The notes under the pieces were generated by a model. It did not search any database and was not told the origin of the DNA. It saw nothing but the letters and a program-made list of their open reading frames with translations. A DNA stretch of 64,000 bases, from the NCBI GenBank assembly GCA_030704615.1, contig CM060732.1, positions 33,046,001 through 33,110,000 of the forward strand. The letters are read 5' to 3'. The stretch comes from Takakia lepidozioides. Lineage: Eukaryota > Plantae > Bryophyta. Positions 27,084 through 39,375 of the stretch are shown here, piece by piece. The number at the start of each line of letters is the position of its first letter. Positions within the stretch are counted from its first letter, which is position 1. The position numbers were made by a program, and so were the translations under genes.

Positions 27084-29519
27084 ATGCAGGAGTCCAGCGA
27101 TGAATCACGCATAGTGGTTGAACCAGGCATCCCCACTATGGTCACTCCTTTTCAAAGAGGACCAAGAGAGGCTTTGAACGAGAACCCTCCAGGCACTCAT
27201 GGCGATGTTGGGAAACTATGTAAGGCAGGACAATGGAAAGAGGCACTGCACATTTTGAATCAGGGATGCATCTTGGCAGACCACGATACATATGTTTGTC
27301 TCTTGAAGGAGTGTATCAAGATAAAAAGCCTAGCAGATGGAAAGCAGGTGCATGCCCACATCATCAAAACTGGATTCAAGTCGAACACCCTTCTACTAAG
27401 GACCCTTGTTGACATGTATGCTAAGTGCGGAAGGTTGGTGGATGCACGTTTAGTGTTTGACAACATGCCTGAACGAGATGTGATTACTTGGACGATAATG
27501 GTAGGTGGATATGCAAAGCAGGGATGTGGAAGAGAGGCCTTACAAATCTTTGAGCAAATGATAAGGGAAGGGGTGACACCGAACAAGGTCACATTCATTT
27601 GTGCTCTGAAGGCATGTGGCAGTGTAGGAGCCCTGGTAAAGGGCAAAGAGATCCATGCTAACATTATTAAAGCTGGACTTGCACCAGATACCATTCTGGA
27701 GACTGCCCTTGCTGCCATGTATGCCAACTGTGGGAGCATGAAGGATGCCCAAAGAGTGTTCGACACTATGTCTCAACGAAATGTTGTCTCATGGAATGTG
27801 ATGATTGGAGGATATACTCGGAATCAGTGTGGTACGGAGGCTTTCAAGATTTATGAAAAAATGATACAGGAAGGGGTGATAGCCGATAAGGTCACATTCA
27901 TTTGTGTTCTGAATGCATGTGCCAGCCTTGAAGCCCTGGAAAAGGGTAAAGAGGTCCATTCTAATATCATCAAAGCTAGAGTTGCTCCAGATATCATACT
28001 GGAGAATACCATCATTGCCATGTATGCCAAATGTGGGAGCATCAATGATGCACGCCAAGTGTTCACCAATATGGTTAAGCGAGATGTGGTGTCGTGGAAT
28101 GCAATGATAGCAGGACATGCTCAGCATGGGTTCAGTAGAGAGGCTTTAAATATGTATGAACAGATGAGACAGGAAGGGGTCATGCCTGACAAGGTCACAT
28201 TCATTTGCATTATCAATGTATGTGCCAGACTGGCAGCCCTGGAGAAGGGTAAAGAGGTCCATGCTGTCATCCTCAAAGTTGGAATTGCACCAGATATCAT
28301 TCTGGAGACTGCACTTGTCGACATGTATGCCAAATGCAGGAACATGAAGGATGCGCATCAAGTCTTTGACTCTATGGCAGAATGGAATGTGGTCTCATGG
28401 AATGCAATGATAGCAGGATATGCTCAGCATGGTTGTATTGGGGAGGCCCTCCAACTATTTGAACAAATGCAACAGGAAGGCTTCAAACCAAATGTCGTCT
28501 CATGGAGCGCGATGATCACAGGATATGCTCGGCATGGGTTTGGTACGGAGGCTGTTGAGATGTATGAACAAATGATAAAGGGTGGCGTGGAGCCTGACAA
28601 GGTCACGTTCATTTGCATTCTCAGTGCATGTGCCAGCCTGGCAGCCCTGGAAAAGGGGAAAGAGGTCCATATGGACATCATGAAAGCTGGAATTGCATCC
28701 TATATAAATTTGGAGAACAGCCTTGTTGACATGTATGCAAAATGTGGGAGCGTAGAAGAAGCACGTCAAGTGTTCAACAATATGGCTCACCGAAATGTGG
28801 TCTCATGGAATGTGATGATTGCAGGATATGGCCAGCAAGGGTGTGGTTGGGAGGCCCTCCAACTATTTGAACAAATGCAACAGGAAGGCTTGAAGCCGAA
28901 CTGTATCACCTTTATATGTCTTCTCTCTACATGTAGCCATTTGGGCCTAGTGTCAGAAGGCCGACACTACTTTGATTCCATGATGCAAGATCATGGCCTC
29001 ACTCCAACTGTGGAGCATTTTGGCTGTATGGTAGACCTTCTTGGCCGTGCAGGACGGTTGGATGAGGCAGAGGACTTCATTAGCAATATGCCAATTAAAC
29101 CAGGTCCTTCAGTGTGGGGGGCATTGCTTGGTGCATGCAGAGCTCATGGTGAGGTTGCGATAGGAGAACGTGCAGCAAAATGCCTTCTCCTGTGGGATCC
29201 ACTGCATGCTCCAACGTATGTGCTGCTATCAAACATCTATGCTGCAGCCGGAAGATGGGATGATACAGCAAAGGTGAGAAAATTGATGCAGGACAGAGCT
29301 GTCATAAAGGATCCAGGTCGCATAAGGAAGCCGAGCGGCACCGACATTCAGCTACAAAAGAGGTACTCATCAAGTAGTCACAAGATATGTGTACCAAATT
29401 TCTATGAGATAGAATTGTGTGCAGTCATTTCTTCTCTATCACTTCTCCGATCGTTGTTCTCTTACAAGCTGCCAACCTTCAGCACCCAAAGTGATGCAAG
29501 ATTAGTCATTTTACTTTAA
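27084..29519 (+). CDS. PLS-class PPR paralog truncated at the PG box (no DYW) with a foreign ~65-aa C-terminus; E-class-like gene or pseudogene
   Basis: PLS array plus E1/E2 ends at KDPGR (29321). The rest of the ORF reads into sequence matching the reverse complement of the FG-GAP gene. Confidence 0.85.
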   Translation: MQESSDESRIVVEPGIPTMVTPFQRGPREALNENPPGTHGDVGKLCKAGQWKEALHILNQGCILADHDTYVCLLKECIKIKSLADGKQVHAHIIKTGFKSNTLLLRTLVDMYAKCGRLVDARLVFDNMPERDVITWTIMVGGYAKQGCGREALQIFEQMIREGVTPNKVTFICALKACGSVGALVKGKEIHANIIKAGLAPDTILETALAAMYANCGSMKDAQRVFDTMSQRNVVSWNVMIGGYTRNQCGTEAFKIYEKMIQEGVIADKVTFICVLNACASLEALEKGKEVHSNIIKARVAPDIILENTIIAMYAKCGSINDARQVFTNMVKRDVVSWNAMIAGHAQHGFSREALNMYEQMRQEGVMPDKVTFICIINVCARLAALEKGKEVHAVILKVGIAPDIILETALVDMYAKCRNMKDAHQVFDSMAEWNVVSWNAMIAGYAQHGCIGEALQLFEQMQQEGFKPNVVSWSAMITGYARHGFGTEAVEMYEQMIKGGVEPDKVTFICILSACASLAALEKGKEVHMDIMKAGIASYINLENSLVDMYAKCGSVEEARQVFNNMAHRNVVSWNVMIAGYGQQGCGWEALQLFEQMQQEGLKPNCITFICLLSTCSHLGLVSEGRHYFDSMMQDHGLTPTVEHFGCMVDLLGRAGRLDEAEDFISNMPIKPGPSVWGALLGACRAHGEVAIGERAAKCLLLWDPLHAPTYVLLSNIYAAAGRWDDTAKVRKLMQDRAVIKDPGRIRKPSGTDIQLQKRYSSSSHKICVPNFYEIELCAVISSLSLLRSLFSYKLPTFSTQSDARLVILL

Positions 29520-30845
29520 TCAGTTTTGATGATGGCTCCACAGATCCCCTAGGAGAACATGTCTGCTCTTTGACTGCTCAAGACTTTAAGTTCAGACAAG
29601 GGAAGTTCACATTGATGGTAATGCAAGTTCTTCTAATCGCCTGAAAGATGTTTTGGTTATAGGATTTTCACCGAGCCCGGTGAATTGCTTCACTGACGTC
29701 TCAACACAATTTCAAGCTGAACGCCAATTCCCTCAACTCTCGTCACACAGGTGAGGTATGCCCCTGCCGACAGTGAGTGATTGCTCTGGTACCTGTCTGC
29801 ATATCAATCGGGAGGGTCATTGTCCGAGTCTCCCATCTCCATTGTGGTTGTGAGGAACTACAGTTCACACATTGCTCTCGTATATCGGTAGATATTGAAT
29901 ATGCTGGATTGGCTCTGAGATGTTCCCTGTCATGTTGGGTGCATTGTATGTCTTGTTTTGTTTGTCTCTGGGCTCCCGTTAACCCTTCTTTCTCCCTTGA
30001 AACTGGGCATTCCAGTTTGTCCCCACCAGGCTACTGCAAGCATGGTATATGAGGATATGTCTTTCTGCTTCCCTCCATTGCTCTTACATGCATGGCATGG
30101 TCTAGAACCTGGTCTGTGCCTGCTGTATTATTTGAATTTTGTGATGTTTTGTGAAACAATGGCTCTTGCAGGATAGAAGGGAGGAGACAAGGTTCGAGAT
30201 GGCACATTTTCGCAAGCATCGCCGGAAAAAGTGTCAAGAGGCAGCCTGGAAAGAAGTCTGTTCTCTCATCCCAGACGCCTGAAGACATCCTCCCGGCAAA
30301 GACGTCTTGGGCAACAAAGTTGAAATATAGTCGGCAAGGCGGCAGAGATTGCAGTGAGCGGAAAACCCAGTAAGGTAAGTCATCAGCTCACAGGGTTGCA
30401 ATTAGTGTTAGAAATCACTAAATACTCTAGGATCTGCTGAACTTTAGTTGCAGACTGTATGGCTGCCTCTATTACCTCCCTTCTCTCCTTTGGATATTCA
30501 TCTGACGAAGGACAGGCTGCTTATGGTTTGTATAGAGAGGCAGCTCATAAAGACTGCAGGGGCTGTATTGTGCTGTGCTTATGCAGTGTGTGGCACATTC
30601 ACTGGACTGACAGTTGATGAAAATTCTAGCTAAGAGATCTCAAAAGAAAGCGCTTTGTTGTTTGTGCCTCAATTTGGTTCTGCTTAGCTAAGGAGCATGC
30701 ATGATGGAAGCGGCCGCATGAATTCAACCCAATCACAAGGGACACTGGGTAAATGGTCATTTAGAAACGAGGACGCAGAAAGTCGGCCCTTGGGTGTGGC
30801 AAAGGATTGCCTGTCGATAGCAGGATGGGATCAGGTCACTGAACA
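29324..30845 (+). pseudogene. Inverted partial duplicate of the FG-GAP gene (source ~50242 to 47364) with two large internal deletions
   Basis: aaggaagccgagcggcaccgacattcagctacaaaagaggtac matches the reverse complement at 50242-50200. Similarity continues over introns and exons; the DRRE...HFRKHRRK exon copy is frameshifted. Confidence 0.9.
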
Positions 30846-33253
30846 TTTGAAACATGAGGTGGGAAGGTGTTAATGTCATCATTTGTAAGAAAAATGTAAA
30901 TAAACAAGTTGTCTGTGGGCCTATTCATGCAAAGTTACTGGAACTAGCCTGTAAGTCGCACAAACTTATTGGCCATCTTCATGCTCTTGGGTTGAGAGTC
31001 ATTTGTCCCTGCAGGATGACACTGAAAGCCGGTTGTTCACAAGTGAGTTTGCTTCAAGTAATTTGAGAACATGTCGCATGTTGAGAAGTGTTTGAGCTGG
31101 TGATTTCTTTGAAGTGCACTGTATATTTTGTCATAGTTTTCTTATGGCATACATCTATATTCTTGGTTGGCGCTCCTAAAATATGATTATTACAATATTG
31201 TCATCATTCACATTCATGTTCTTAGGCAATTGGCATCGCATGCTGGTTTTGTGGAAACGTCATTTGCGTCAATAGCTTCCCGGAAGCAAATACGTATGCG
31301 GTCTTCTATGCTTTCAATGTTGTCATTGTACACATGTAGATTTTTTTGATATGAGCCGGTTACGGTGTCTAATGTTAACTTTGTGTTGAGATCCTCCGAT
31401 TCCGGGACTTTGGAGCTTTCTCGCATCTAATATCCTACAGGTTGGCAACAAATATAATTTTTAAGCTTACACGGTTATGAATAATGGAGTTTATGTTTGG
31501 ATGGCATCTGACGGTTCAGTATCCGATTACCAAACAAGCCCATTGTGAGGAAATAAAATTATCCGAATTCACAAATATAATATATTAAAATACTCTTAGA
31601 ACTAAATGAAAAGAGGAGTTGGATAAAAGGGTTCGACCTTCACTTTTGGACCACTAGTTCTGGATCAAATCAAACACACAAAAAATACAAATGAACTGGT
31701 TCTCAACTGAAGGTGGTTATTTGATGAGCTGATCGTCATATTCGGCGGTTCCTAACAGAGGCGGAATATACTAAAAAAATTAACCTCCCGCAGATCCATG
31801 TATATATATCCAGCCGGTTGGACCCACTTAGGGTTACTTTCCTTGTAAATCCGTTCCCGTTACATGACGTCATCCAAAAATGGGTTTGACCACGGGTCAC
31901 ATCCACTCACACCCCTTTCCATGCACCACCATGGAACGCGACCCGTCCAGTGATTTCCACTGGCACTTTTGCACGTGTGTGACCAAAAAAGTATGGCGTG
32001 GAAATGTGTCGAGGAAGATGACCTATTTAGCAAGTCATGGGAGGAAAAATACTGGCTAGTGTAGGTCAACCATGGAGAACGGGACCGTACGCCCAGCGCC
32101 TCACCAAAAGTGAGGGCTCCGTTGCACAGAACCCGGCCAGGCCCTGCACGGGTCTCAACATCCATGGAAGTGCATAGAATAGGGAGCCGTGTTTTTCCAG
32201 GCTTGCTTGACAAGTCACAAAGCACAACAAAAGCCATGGAAACAAGAGATGAAATCACAATTCACGGAAAAGCAGAATGCCAGGAGAATTGAAGCCACCA
32301 CCATCGCAGCCCGCCTTAGGCCCAAGCCAAAACTTGCTGCAAAACCACAGTGACCTCAAGGTAAAGCACCGAATTGCTGTACGCGCAGAGCCGCCTCTAC
32401 CCGGCAGTCTCCACCATCTTCCGAGCTGGGATGAGATTCGCCCATCCTCTAAAATCTCGCTAATTAATATGGGGTGTGTAAACTCGGAAAAGTTTTGTTT
32501 GCTACACAAGAGGAAAGACACACGCGTATAGGATTCCAACGCACAGCACCTGCACGTTAAGCATGCAAACATCCACACATACAGAGCTCTGTTGTCACCC
32601 TTCGTACACCAGGTTGTACATACGAGCCAAAGGCCCTAACCTGAGGTCAAGAAGAAACATATACTCAAAACCCCCAAGGTTGGGTGAGCCTCCCACGTGC
32701 CGGTCTGCCACGGGACTGCCCGGATTACAATAGATTTTGCCCTTAGAGTAATGAAGGGCCCAGATGCAGCCACCTTGTGTCTAGGTTAACTCAAATGAGC
32801 TGGTATGGGTCAGGCTGTATAACGGCCTCCCGCCGCTTATAGTAAAGGCGCAGGATGAATGTCTGTCAAAAAAATAATGAATGAGGGTAAAGTGGGGCCA
32901 AGAGAACATGTGTCGTGCACCTAAGCATCGTGCCACAACATACATCGCTGTCCATCACACATTCTAAGCACACAATCCTAGAAAGCTATGCCACAATCGC
33001 GCCCCTAGCTGGTGATTAGGTCTCTCTAACACCGGATAGCTGACAAGTATCCATCTCAATGAGATCATCGCTTGATCTTCAATCGCACATGTTCCAAGTT
33101 TCTAAAGTATATGGATCAAGAGGTCAGGTGCAAAGAGAGCCCCATCGTTAGTCGTCTGCCTGCAATCCATGATCTTCAATTAAGTATCCATGGCATTGAG
33201 CTCCCATCAGCTAGACCTTGGATCACTTGTCAACTCCATCATTGTCATGCCCA

Positions 33254-33410
33254 TTAACTATGTGCAAGGCATCATGGACACAACCATTCTCCACTAGGAA
33301 CCTTCTCAAGTGGCGGTGTCAAGCATCCCATGTGCCACCCCCTTGAGCATTTGTCACACACCAACATGGTCGCGGCACCACCAGCATGCCCACATAGCAT
33401 GCAACGCAAT
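33254..33410 (-). other. PHD finger at the C-terminus of the Gypsy integrase
   Basis: CMLCGHAGGAATMLVCDKCSRGWHMGCLTPPLEKVPSGEWLCP*C fits C4-H-C3 spacing, with the last Cys after a premature TGA. Confidence 0.9.
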
Positions 33411-36400
33411 CCTGCAGGTACCACTGTAAGGTTGGGATCTATCTTCCCATCCACATGGGGAAGGTGACATGGCGCACAATTGCGCACATGGTCCTTCCAT
33501 ATCATGCCATCCCGTCCCTCCAGAATCAACACTCCTGAAGGCCACACCTCCCTGACCCTTAGAATCACACGCCTTGCTGTGACATCCAAGGTCGTTGGTG
33601 TTGTCTGCTGCAGATAGGCATAGTCCCCAGGGTTGAATCTCCAAACACCCGGTCGATATCCTCCTCCACGTATAGTGGCATACCTCAATGTGTCTCGGTG
33701 TTGGGCAATAGCAAGGTTCTCAAAAGCCATAGGCGTGACTCTCTTGAACAACTCTGCCCGCTGATTACACGTTTGTGTCCACACATCCGGATCATCAAGG
33801 TCGAGTACTACTGCAGCCTCCCTGCGAATAGATGCAGGCAAATCTGGCTCTCGGCCGAAGAGAAGAAAGTAAGGTGAGAACGAGGCAAGTGATGTTTGCT
33901 TGCTAAACCTGTAGCCCATGGCCAACCAAGGTAGCTGAAGGTCCCAACCCCCTAAGTGTCCCTTCTGCGATCCATACTTGCGCAAGCCTTTCTTGACTGT
34001 CTATACAACTCTCTCCGCCAAGCCATCAGCACCGGGATGATCCCGAGAAGTAGTGCGGTGATTTATCAAGGTTTGTTCGCACAAAGCCTGAAACCCCCCC
34101 AAGAACTCTCTCTCCCCTGATCCGTGAGTACCTCAGCTGGAGCACCAAATTGGCTAAGCACTCGATCTAAGAATGCATACGCAGCCCTATCACTTGCCTT
34201 GTTAGGCAATGCCACCAGTTCAATCCACTTGTTATGGCAAATCGTTAGTGACAATGGGCCTACGAAGTCAAGGCTCCAATGATAGCCCAAATCCATAATG
34301 GATAAAGGATGCAATTGTGGAGTAGGGGCATTGAAAGAAGCCCGCACTCTATCATACACCATGCATCTTGCCACTAACTGTTGCACATCCGTGTGTATGC
34401 CCCACCACCAGTACTGCCCTTGCAACAAACTATGAGTGCGCCGCACCCCAAAATGTCCCAACTCCTCATGGGCATGGCGTACCAATCACGTTCGTTGTGT
34501 TGGATGAGACACAGTCCTCATTTGTCCATCCTCCCATATACGGAGTAGGTGAGTCCCCTCCCACTTGAACCTCTTGGCTCATTGTAGGATCTGATCTCTC
34601 TCCTTCGCAGTCACACTAGTTGTTGTCTCTCCGGCACGAAGATAGGCCAACACTGTTGCATCTTCATGCACATCCTTAGCACCACCAAGCTCCTCACTGA
34701 TCTCTGGATCGTCATGCACATTATCGCCATGACCAATCCCATGGGATAGACCAGCTTGAGCTCCCATTGCTAGAATGCACAAAAAGACAGATGCGTGCCA
34801 TCTTGGCACCATCTCCTCGTCTGTCTCACCATGCCAACGAGCTCCTGTATCATCAAGCTCACTTGTGCATGGATTACGACTCAATCCATTCGCATCTTGG
34901 TTGACTATACCGGCTTGATGCACCACTTGAAAGTCGTACTCTTGAAGCATAAGTGCCCACTGTGCAAGCTTCCCTGTAAGCTTGTCTGACTCCATCAACC
35001 ACTTCAATGGTTGGTGATCCGTGACAAGGGTAAAGAGATTGTCATAGAGGTAGCATCTGATATGTATCATTGCCCATACTGCAGCTAAACATTTTCTTTC
35101 ATATGAGCTATACTTTGCATCAGCATAATTGTTTGAGCGGCTAGCATGTTTGTACAAACTCTCTTCACTCATCATCCACCTGTGTGAGCACTGCTCCAAT
35201 CCCCAGCATACTCCAATCCGTATGTAGCTGGAAAGGCCGCCCCCAAATAGGCCGCCTAAGAATAGGTGCAGAAGTCAATCGAACCTTGAGTTCCTCAAAG
35301 GCTTCCTCCTGCTCCTCCTCCCATTACAACTCCTGACCCACCTTGGTCAACTTGGTAAGAGCCTTTGCAATGCTGCTAAATCCCTTGACAAACCGACGAT
35401 AGTAGTTTATCAACCCCATGAAAGCACGAACTCTGCTTACATCTATGGGGTGTGGAATGCGTGCAATGGCCTCCACCTTTGTATGTTGAACACCCAATCC
35501 TCCATGGTACATCATGTGGCCCAGATACTCAATCTGATTGTGGAAGAACTTGCACTTTCTAAGGTGCAGTTTCAATCCATGCGCCCTCAAGCGTTCAAAC
35601 ACCACCTGAAGGTGTCTCTCATGCTCCTCAACCGTGGCACTAAAGATGATGATGTCATCAATGTAGCACTAGGCGAAGTCTAGCTATGCAAGAATCTTAT
35701 CCATGACCCTCTGAAACTCTGCAGGATCATTCTTCAACCCAAATGGTAGGAAGCGTCATTGGTACAAACAATCTTTCCCATGCTGGTCAATCCCCCAGAA
35801 TGTCGTCTTTTGCTTGTCAACCTCTTTGATTGGCAACTGGTGATAGCCCGATCGTAAGTCCAATGTTTAAACACCTTCGCATGCCCAATGGCATCAAAGA
35901 TTTCTTCTGGAATTAGCATGACATATCTATCAGACTTAGTCTGACGGTTCGGACGATAGTTCCCACACATCCTTTTTTCTGTCCAACTGCCATAGATATC
36001 CTTCTGAGCTGACATCACCGTTGCCGAGGCATACTCCCCGCCTGACAACTCCACCAATCCAGCTTCGAACAACTCCATAGTCCGTGACTGGATCAATGAC
36101 CTCTCCATGTCACTTGGCGTGTCACTTGCCAAATCAATACGAATCTCCTGGCCCTTCAAACTCCTTAAATCCTTCAAATTGAAGACAAAGCAATTTCTAT
36201 AAGCCCTTAGAAATCGCCGGATCCTCCGTCTCTCTCCTCTGGTGACTGTAGGTCCAACATCTGGTTCCCAATTGTCCTCAGTGACTGCAACCTTAGGTAC
36301 ACCAGGCTTGGAGGTAGGAGACGCATCCTTTGATTGCTAGATAGCAACCTCTTGGGCCTTGTCCGCCCACCCTGACTGTGGCGTAGCCTCCACTTGCTCC

Positions 36401-36699
36401 ACCATAGTCACCTTGAGAACATCCCCCGCAAAAGAAATATCATCAACCTCTTCAAGAGCCTTGGCCATCTTGGCCTCCAACTGATCCTTCGTGTCTGGCT
36501 CTCCCAACTCATCATATTGCTCCTTGAGAGATCCAATGACTCTCTCTTTCCGCATCTCATCCCACATCTGCCATGGGTGTTTGCACTCCATGATCATGTG
36601 CTCGCCCCCACTCACTGCCTCCGCCGTCCCGGTTGGCAGAGAGGGTGCAATATCCAATGGAAGTGCAGAAATAACCACCAATGCTTGTAATCTCCGTTG

Positions 36700-37260
36700 C
36701 TCAGCCATACACAAGCTAATGACCCATGTCAAGCAATTGAGATCCATTGCCTGACCCAACACCTGGCGTTGTGATGCCTTTGACAGAGCTGGCACAGCTG
36801 TAGTGCTCGTTGTAAACCCCATTGCCCGTTCTCGCTCATCCGCACTAGGCTCCACCAATTGTTGTAGCGCATTGTCCCAAATCAACCTTGGACCATTGTC
36901 TCGAAAAGCATGAGATGAGGGAAAACTCATAAGTGTAGGCAAGGCCGCATATGGTTGCCCCACTCAATTGACCACCGCCAAAGGTGGAGGGTCATCTTGT
37001 CGCACTCTCTGTGGTTGCCTCCCTTGGTCCAAAATGCCCTCAACCGTAAGGTTGGGTAGCCGTTGAATGGAATCATAGGCTCTCTTGAGCAACTCTGGTG
37101 GTGTAAGATTGGTCCACCACAACCTAGGCCTATGTGCCCGTGAACCTAGTACAGTTGCATCCAATAATACAGCTGGTCCAATCCAAGAGCACACCTGATG
37201 CACACTAGCCATAACCCTGGTCCGATATCCCCCATGAGAGGAACATTCGTCTAGCAAACA
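36700..37260 (-). pseudogene. C-terminal part of a DNMT3-like C5 cytosine methyltransferase inside the Gypsy element
   Basis: Motif VI LLENVP (recovered by removing one base near 37249), motif VIII PAVLLDATVLGSRAHRPRLWWTNL, motifs IX-X DERERAMGF...SQRQVLGQAMDLNCL. Confidence 0.75.
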
Positions 37261-38479
37261 AATCCCTGAGTCAGATGATTGCCAGATAATGGGCACTATG
37301 TCCAAAGGAGCTAACTGAGGAGGTCCAAGTGATGTCACTGAACTCCCCTCACTCATCAATGGAAAGGCCTCATGTCATGCTTGGTGCACACACTCGTCTG
37401 CTAGTCGCTGCAAATTCCCAACCGTACCCCACAGTGGAATATGCACATGCACATGAGGAAGCAACTCAACCTTGTATGCCAGTTGATTGTCATCATCAGA
37501 TGGTGGCCTATCATCTGCATGGCTATTGCCCTCCAAGAGCTCACCACCCCAAGCCACCACCCCTGAGAATGCAGCCAATATGGACATCAAGTTCATGTTT
37601 GGTATACTAATAGAGGTATAATCTGAGCATACACTACTAGGGTTTGTAATGAAGAGCTAGAATGTAAGTCCTTGACTTCTATGCTTCTACTCAAGCAAAA
37701 ATATGGTCTAGGTGGTCATAAGAGGCATCTTCTTGCTCTCTTCCACCCCAATGTGCAACCAAAAGTGGTCCAACTCAACTTGCAAGTCATTGTCCACTAA
37801 ATCAATCCCCCTTCTAGTCCTTGGGATTTGATTGCAAACTACCATATCTCTATTGCCGAGCAATCATGCATTTGTCTCTTCATCACTTGACAATTACTCC
37901 AAATCAACACAAATTATCTCAATGTGTAGGAGCAATGCTTGTCACTTATAATAATGCTCCCAAGCAATCCACCTTGGATCCCACTCTCACGCCATATGCC
38001 TCCATTGGGGTCTTGCACCAATCCATCATCCATGTACTCCCCTTGGCCATTTGAATGCATATTCCATGACCTCTTGCACTACAACAGATTCCGGCTTTAA
38101 TGTCTGTCACATTTGCCTAGTCGTAGCATATATGTCTACAAAATGCAAGGGGGCAGTCCTGGTTGCCATTTGTAGCCAGCATAAGTCGTATATGCCACCT
38201 TGTACCTCCGCCACGTCAGGATCTGCGGTCAAACACGTTTGACCATATAGGGGAAGATGGTAGATATGACGAGGAGTCATGGCCAAAACTACAACACGAT
38301 GACATGGGCATGGGAATGTATGACTGCCAGTATTCACAACTGCACGTGGAAGTTGCCGATTGCCCAAGGAATGTCTACGTGGACGATGCAAACATAAATG
38401 GATGAAACATATACAGGATGTGATTGCAAATGACGACGTGTCAACATATCATTGCTCGCAGGCACTAAGTCACACCCTG

Positions 38480-38960
38480 TGAATGAATGAATGGATGAAT
38501 GAATGATTAGGATGAATGTGCTCGAATTTAGGGTTGTTAGGTCGCGTTAAGTATGAAGACAATAAGTAGTAAAAATGTTTAACTACTATTTCACTGACCC
38601 AGCAGATTAACAGTAAAACTAATCGACTGCTGGTTAAGGTTAGTGAAACAAAACAACTGTATTATCTCAACGAATGATATACAAATGTCTTGCTGGCAAC
38701 TATTGGATGAACGTATCAAACATAACTTTTGTGCACTGGATGAACGTATGAACGAATGATACAACAAACGTCTTGCTGGCAACTATTGGATGAACGGATG
38801 AACGAATGATAGTGCAAACGTTGAACAGCAATTGGATGAACTGACAGTGAAACTCATTTAAAGATTTATTTTGGATGAATGGATGAAATTAAGATGGCCA
38901 AAAAATGGAAAAACAAATGAATGGATGGATGTATTGATGGAAAACCCAAAATCCATCCAT
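38480..38960. repeat. TGAA/GGATGAA-rich low-complexity and short tandem repeats
   Basis: gaatgaatgaatggatgaatgaatg, and repeated gtcttgctggcaactattggatgaacg (~38687 and ~38770). Confidence 0.7.
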
Positions 38961-39375
38961 CTATCGAGGATCTAATTTGCATTAGAAAAATTCTATAGAT
39001 TTTTGGTCAGGTCCAAAAAACTAAATGGTCTAAGTGAGTAGATTTCCCCTTTCTGCAGCTATCCCCCCAAAAACTGCATCAAACGGAGCTCATTTGACAA
39101 AGATATGACCAACCAGGCTCTTTAATCATAACACCCTTTTAAAAAAATAAACAAATACAAGGGAAAATCTATTTTCAATAACTTGTCTTGGTTCCCTATT
39201 CCCTAGTTCCCTAAGAATTCCCTAGACTCATGCCTGGCTCATATCTAAAAAATAACGATCTTAGATTCTTAACTCAATCGCTCCACAGTGGAATTACCAT
39301 GATAAAGGTAATGTCTTCTCATCCATCCAGTCATGAGTAGAGGGGACTTAGCGTTTTTTTGTCTCCCCTGCCATC

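Larger units (their letters stand above)
33254..37600 (-). mobile_element. Degenerate Ty3/Gypsy pol region: DNMT-like segment, RT, RNase H, integrase, PHD finger; LTRs not identified
   Basis: RT: KRMCGNYR, CYIDDIIIF (~35660), IEYLGH, VRAFMGLINYYRRFV. RNase H: YSSYERKCLA, VTDHQPLKWL. Integrase: HEELGHFG, WSLDFVGP, EVLTDQG. Many stops and frameshifts. Confidence 0.93.

Noticed and set aside
37540-37580. AAFSGV as methyltransferase motif I
   Set aside because: Poor fit to FxGxG, and no PC motif IV between it and ENV.
31860-38470. LTR pair, PBS and gag for the DNMT-Gypsy element
   Set aside because: No matching direct repeats or convincing PBS/gag motif found by eye.
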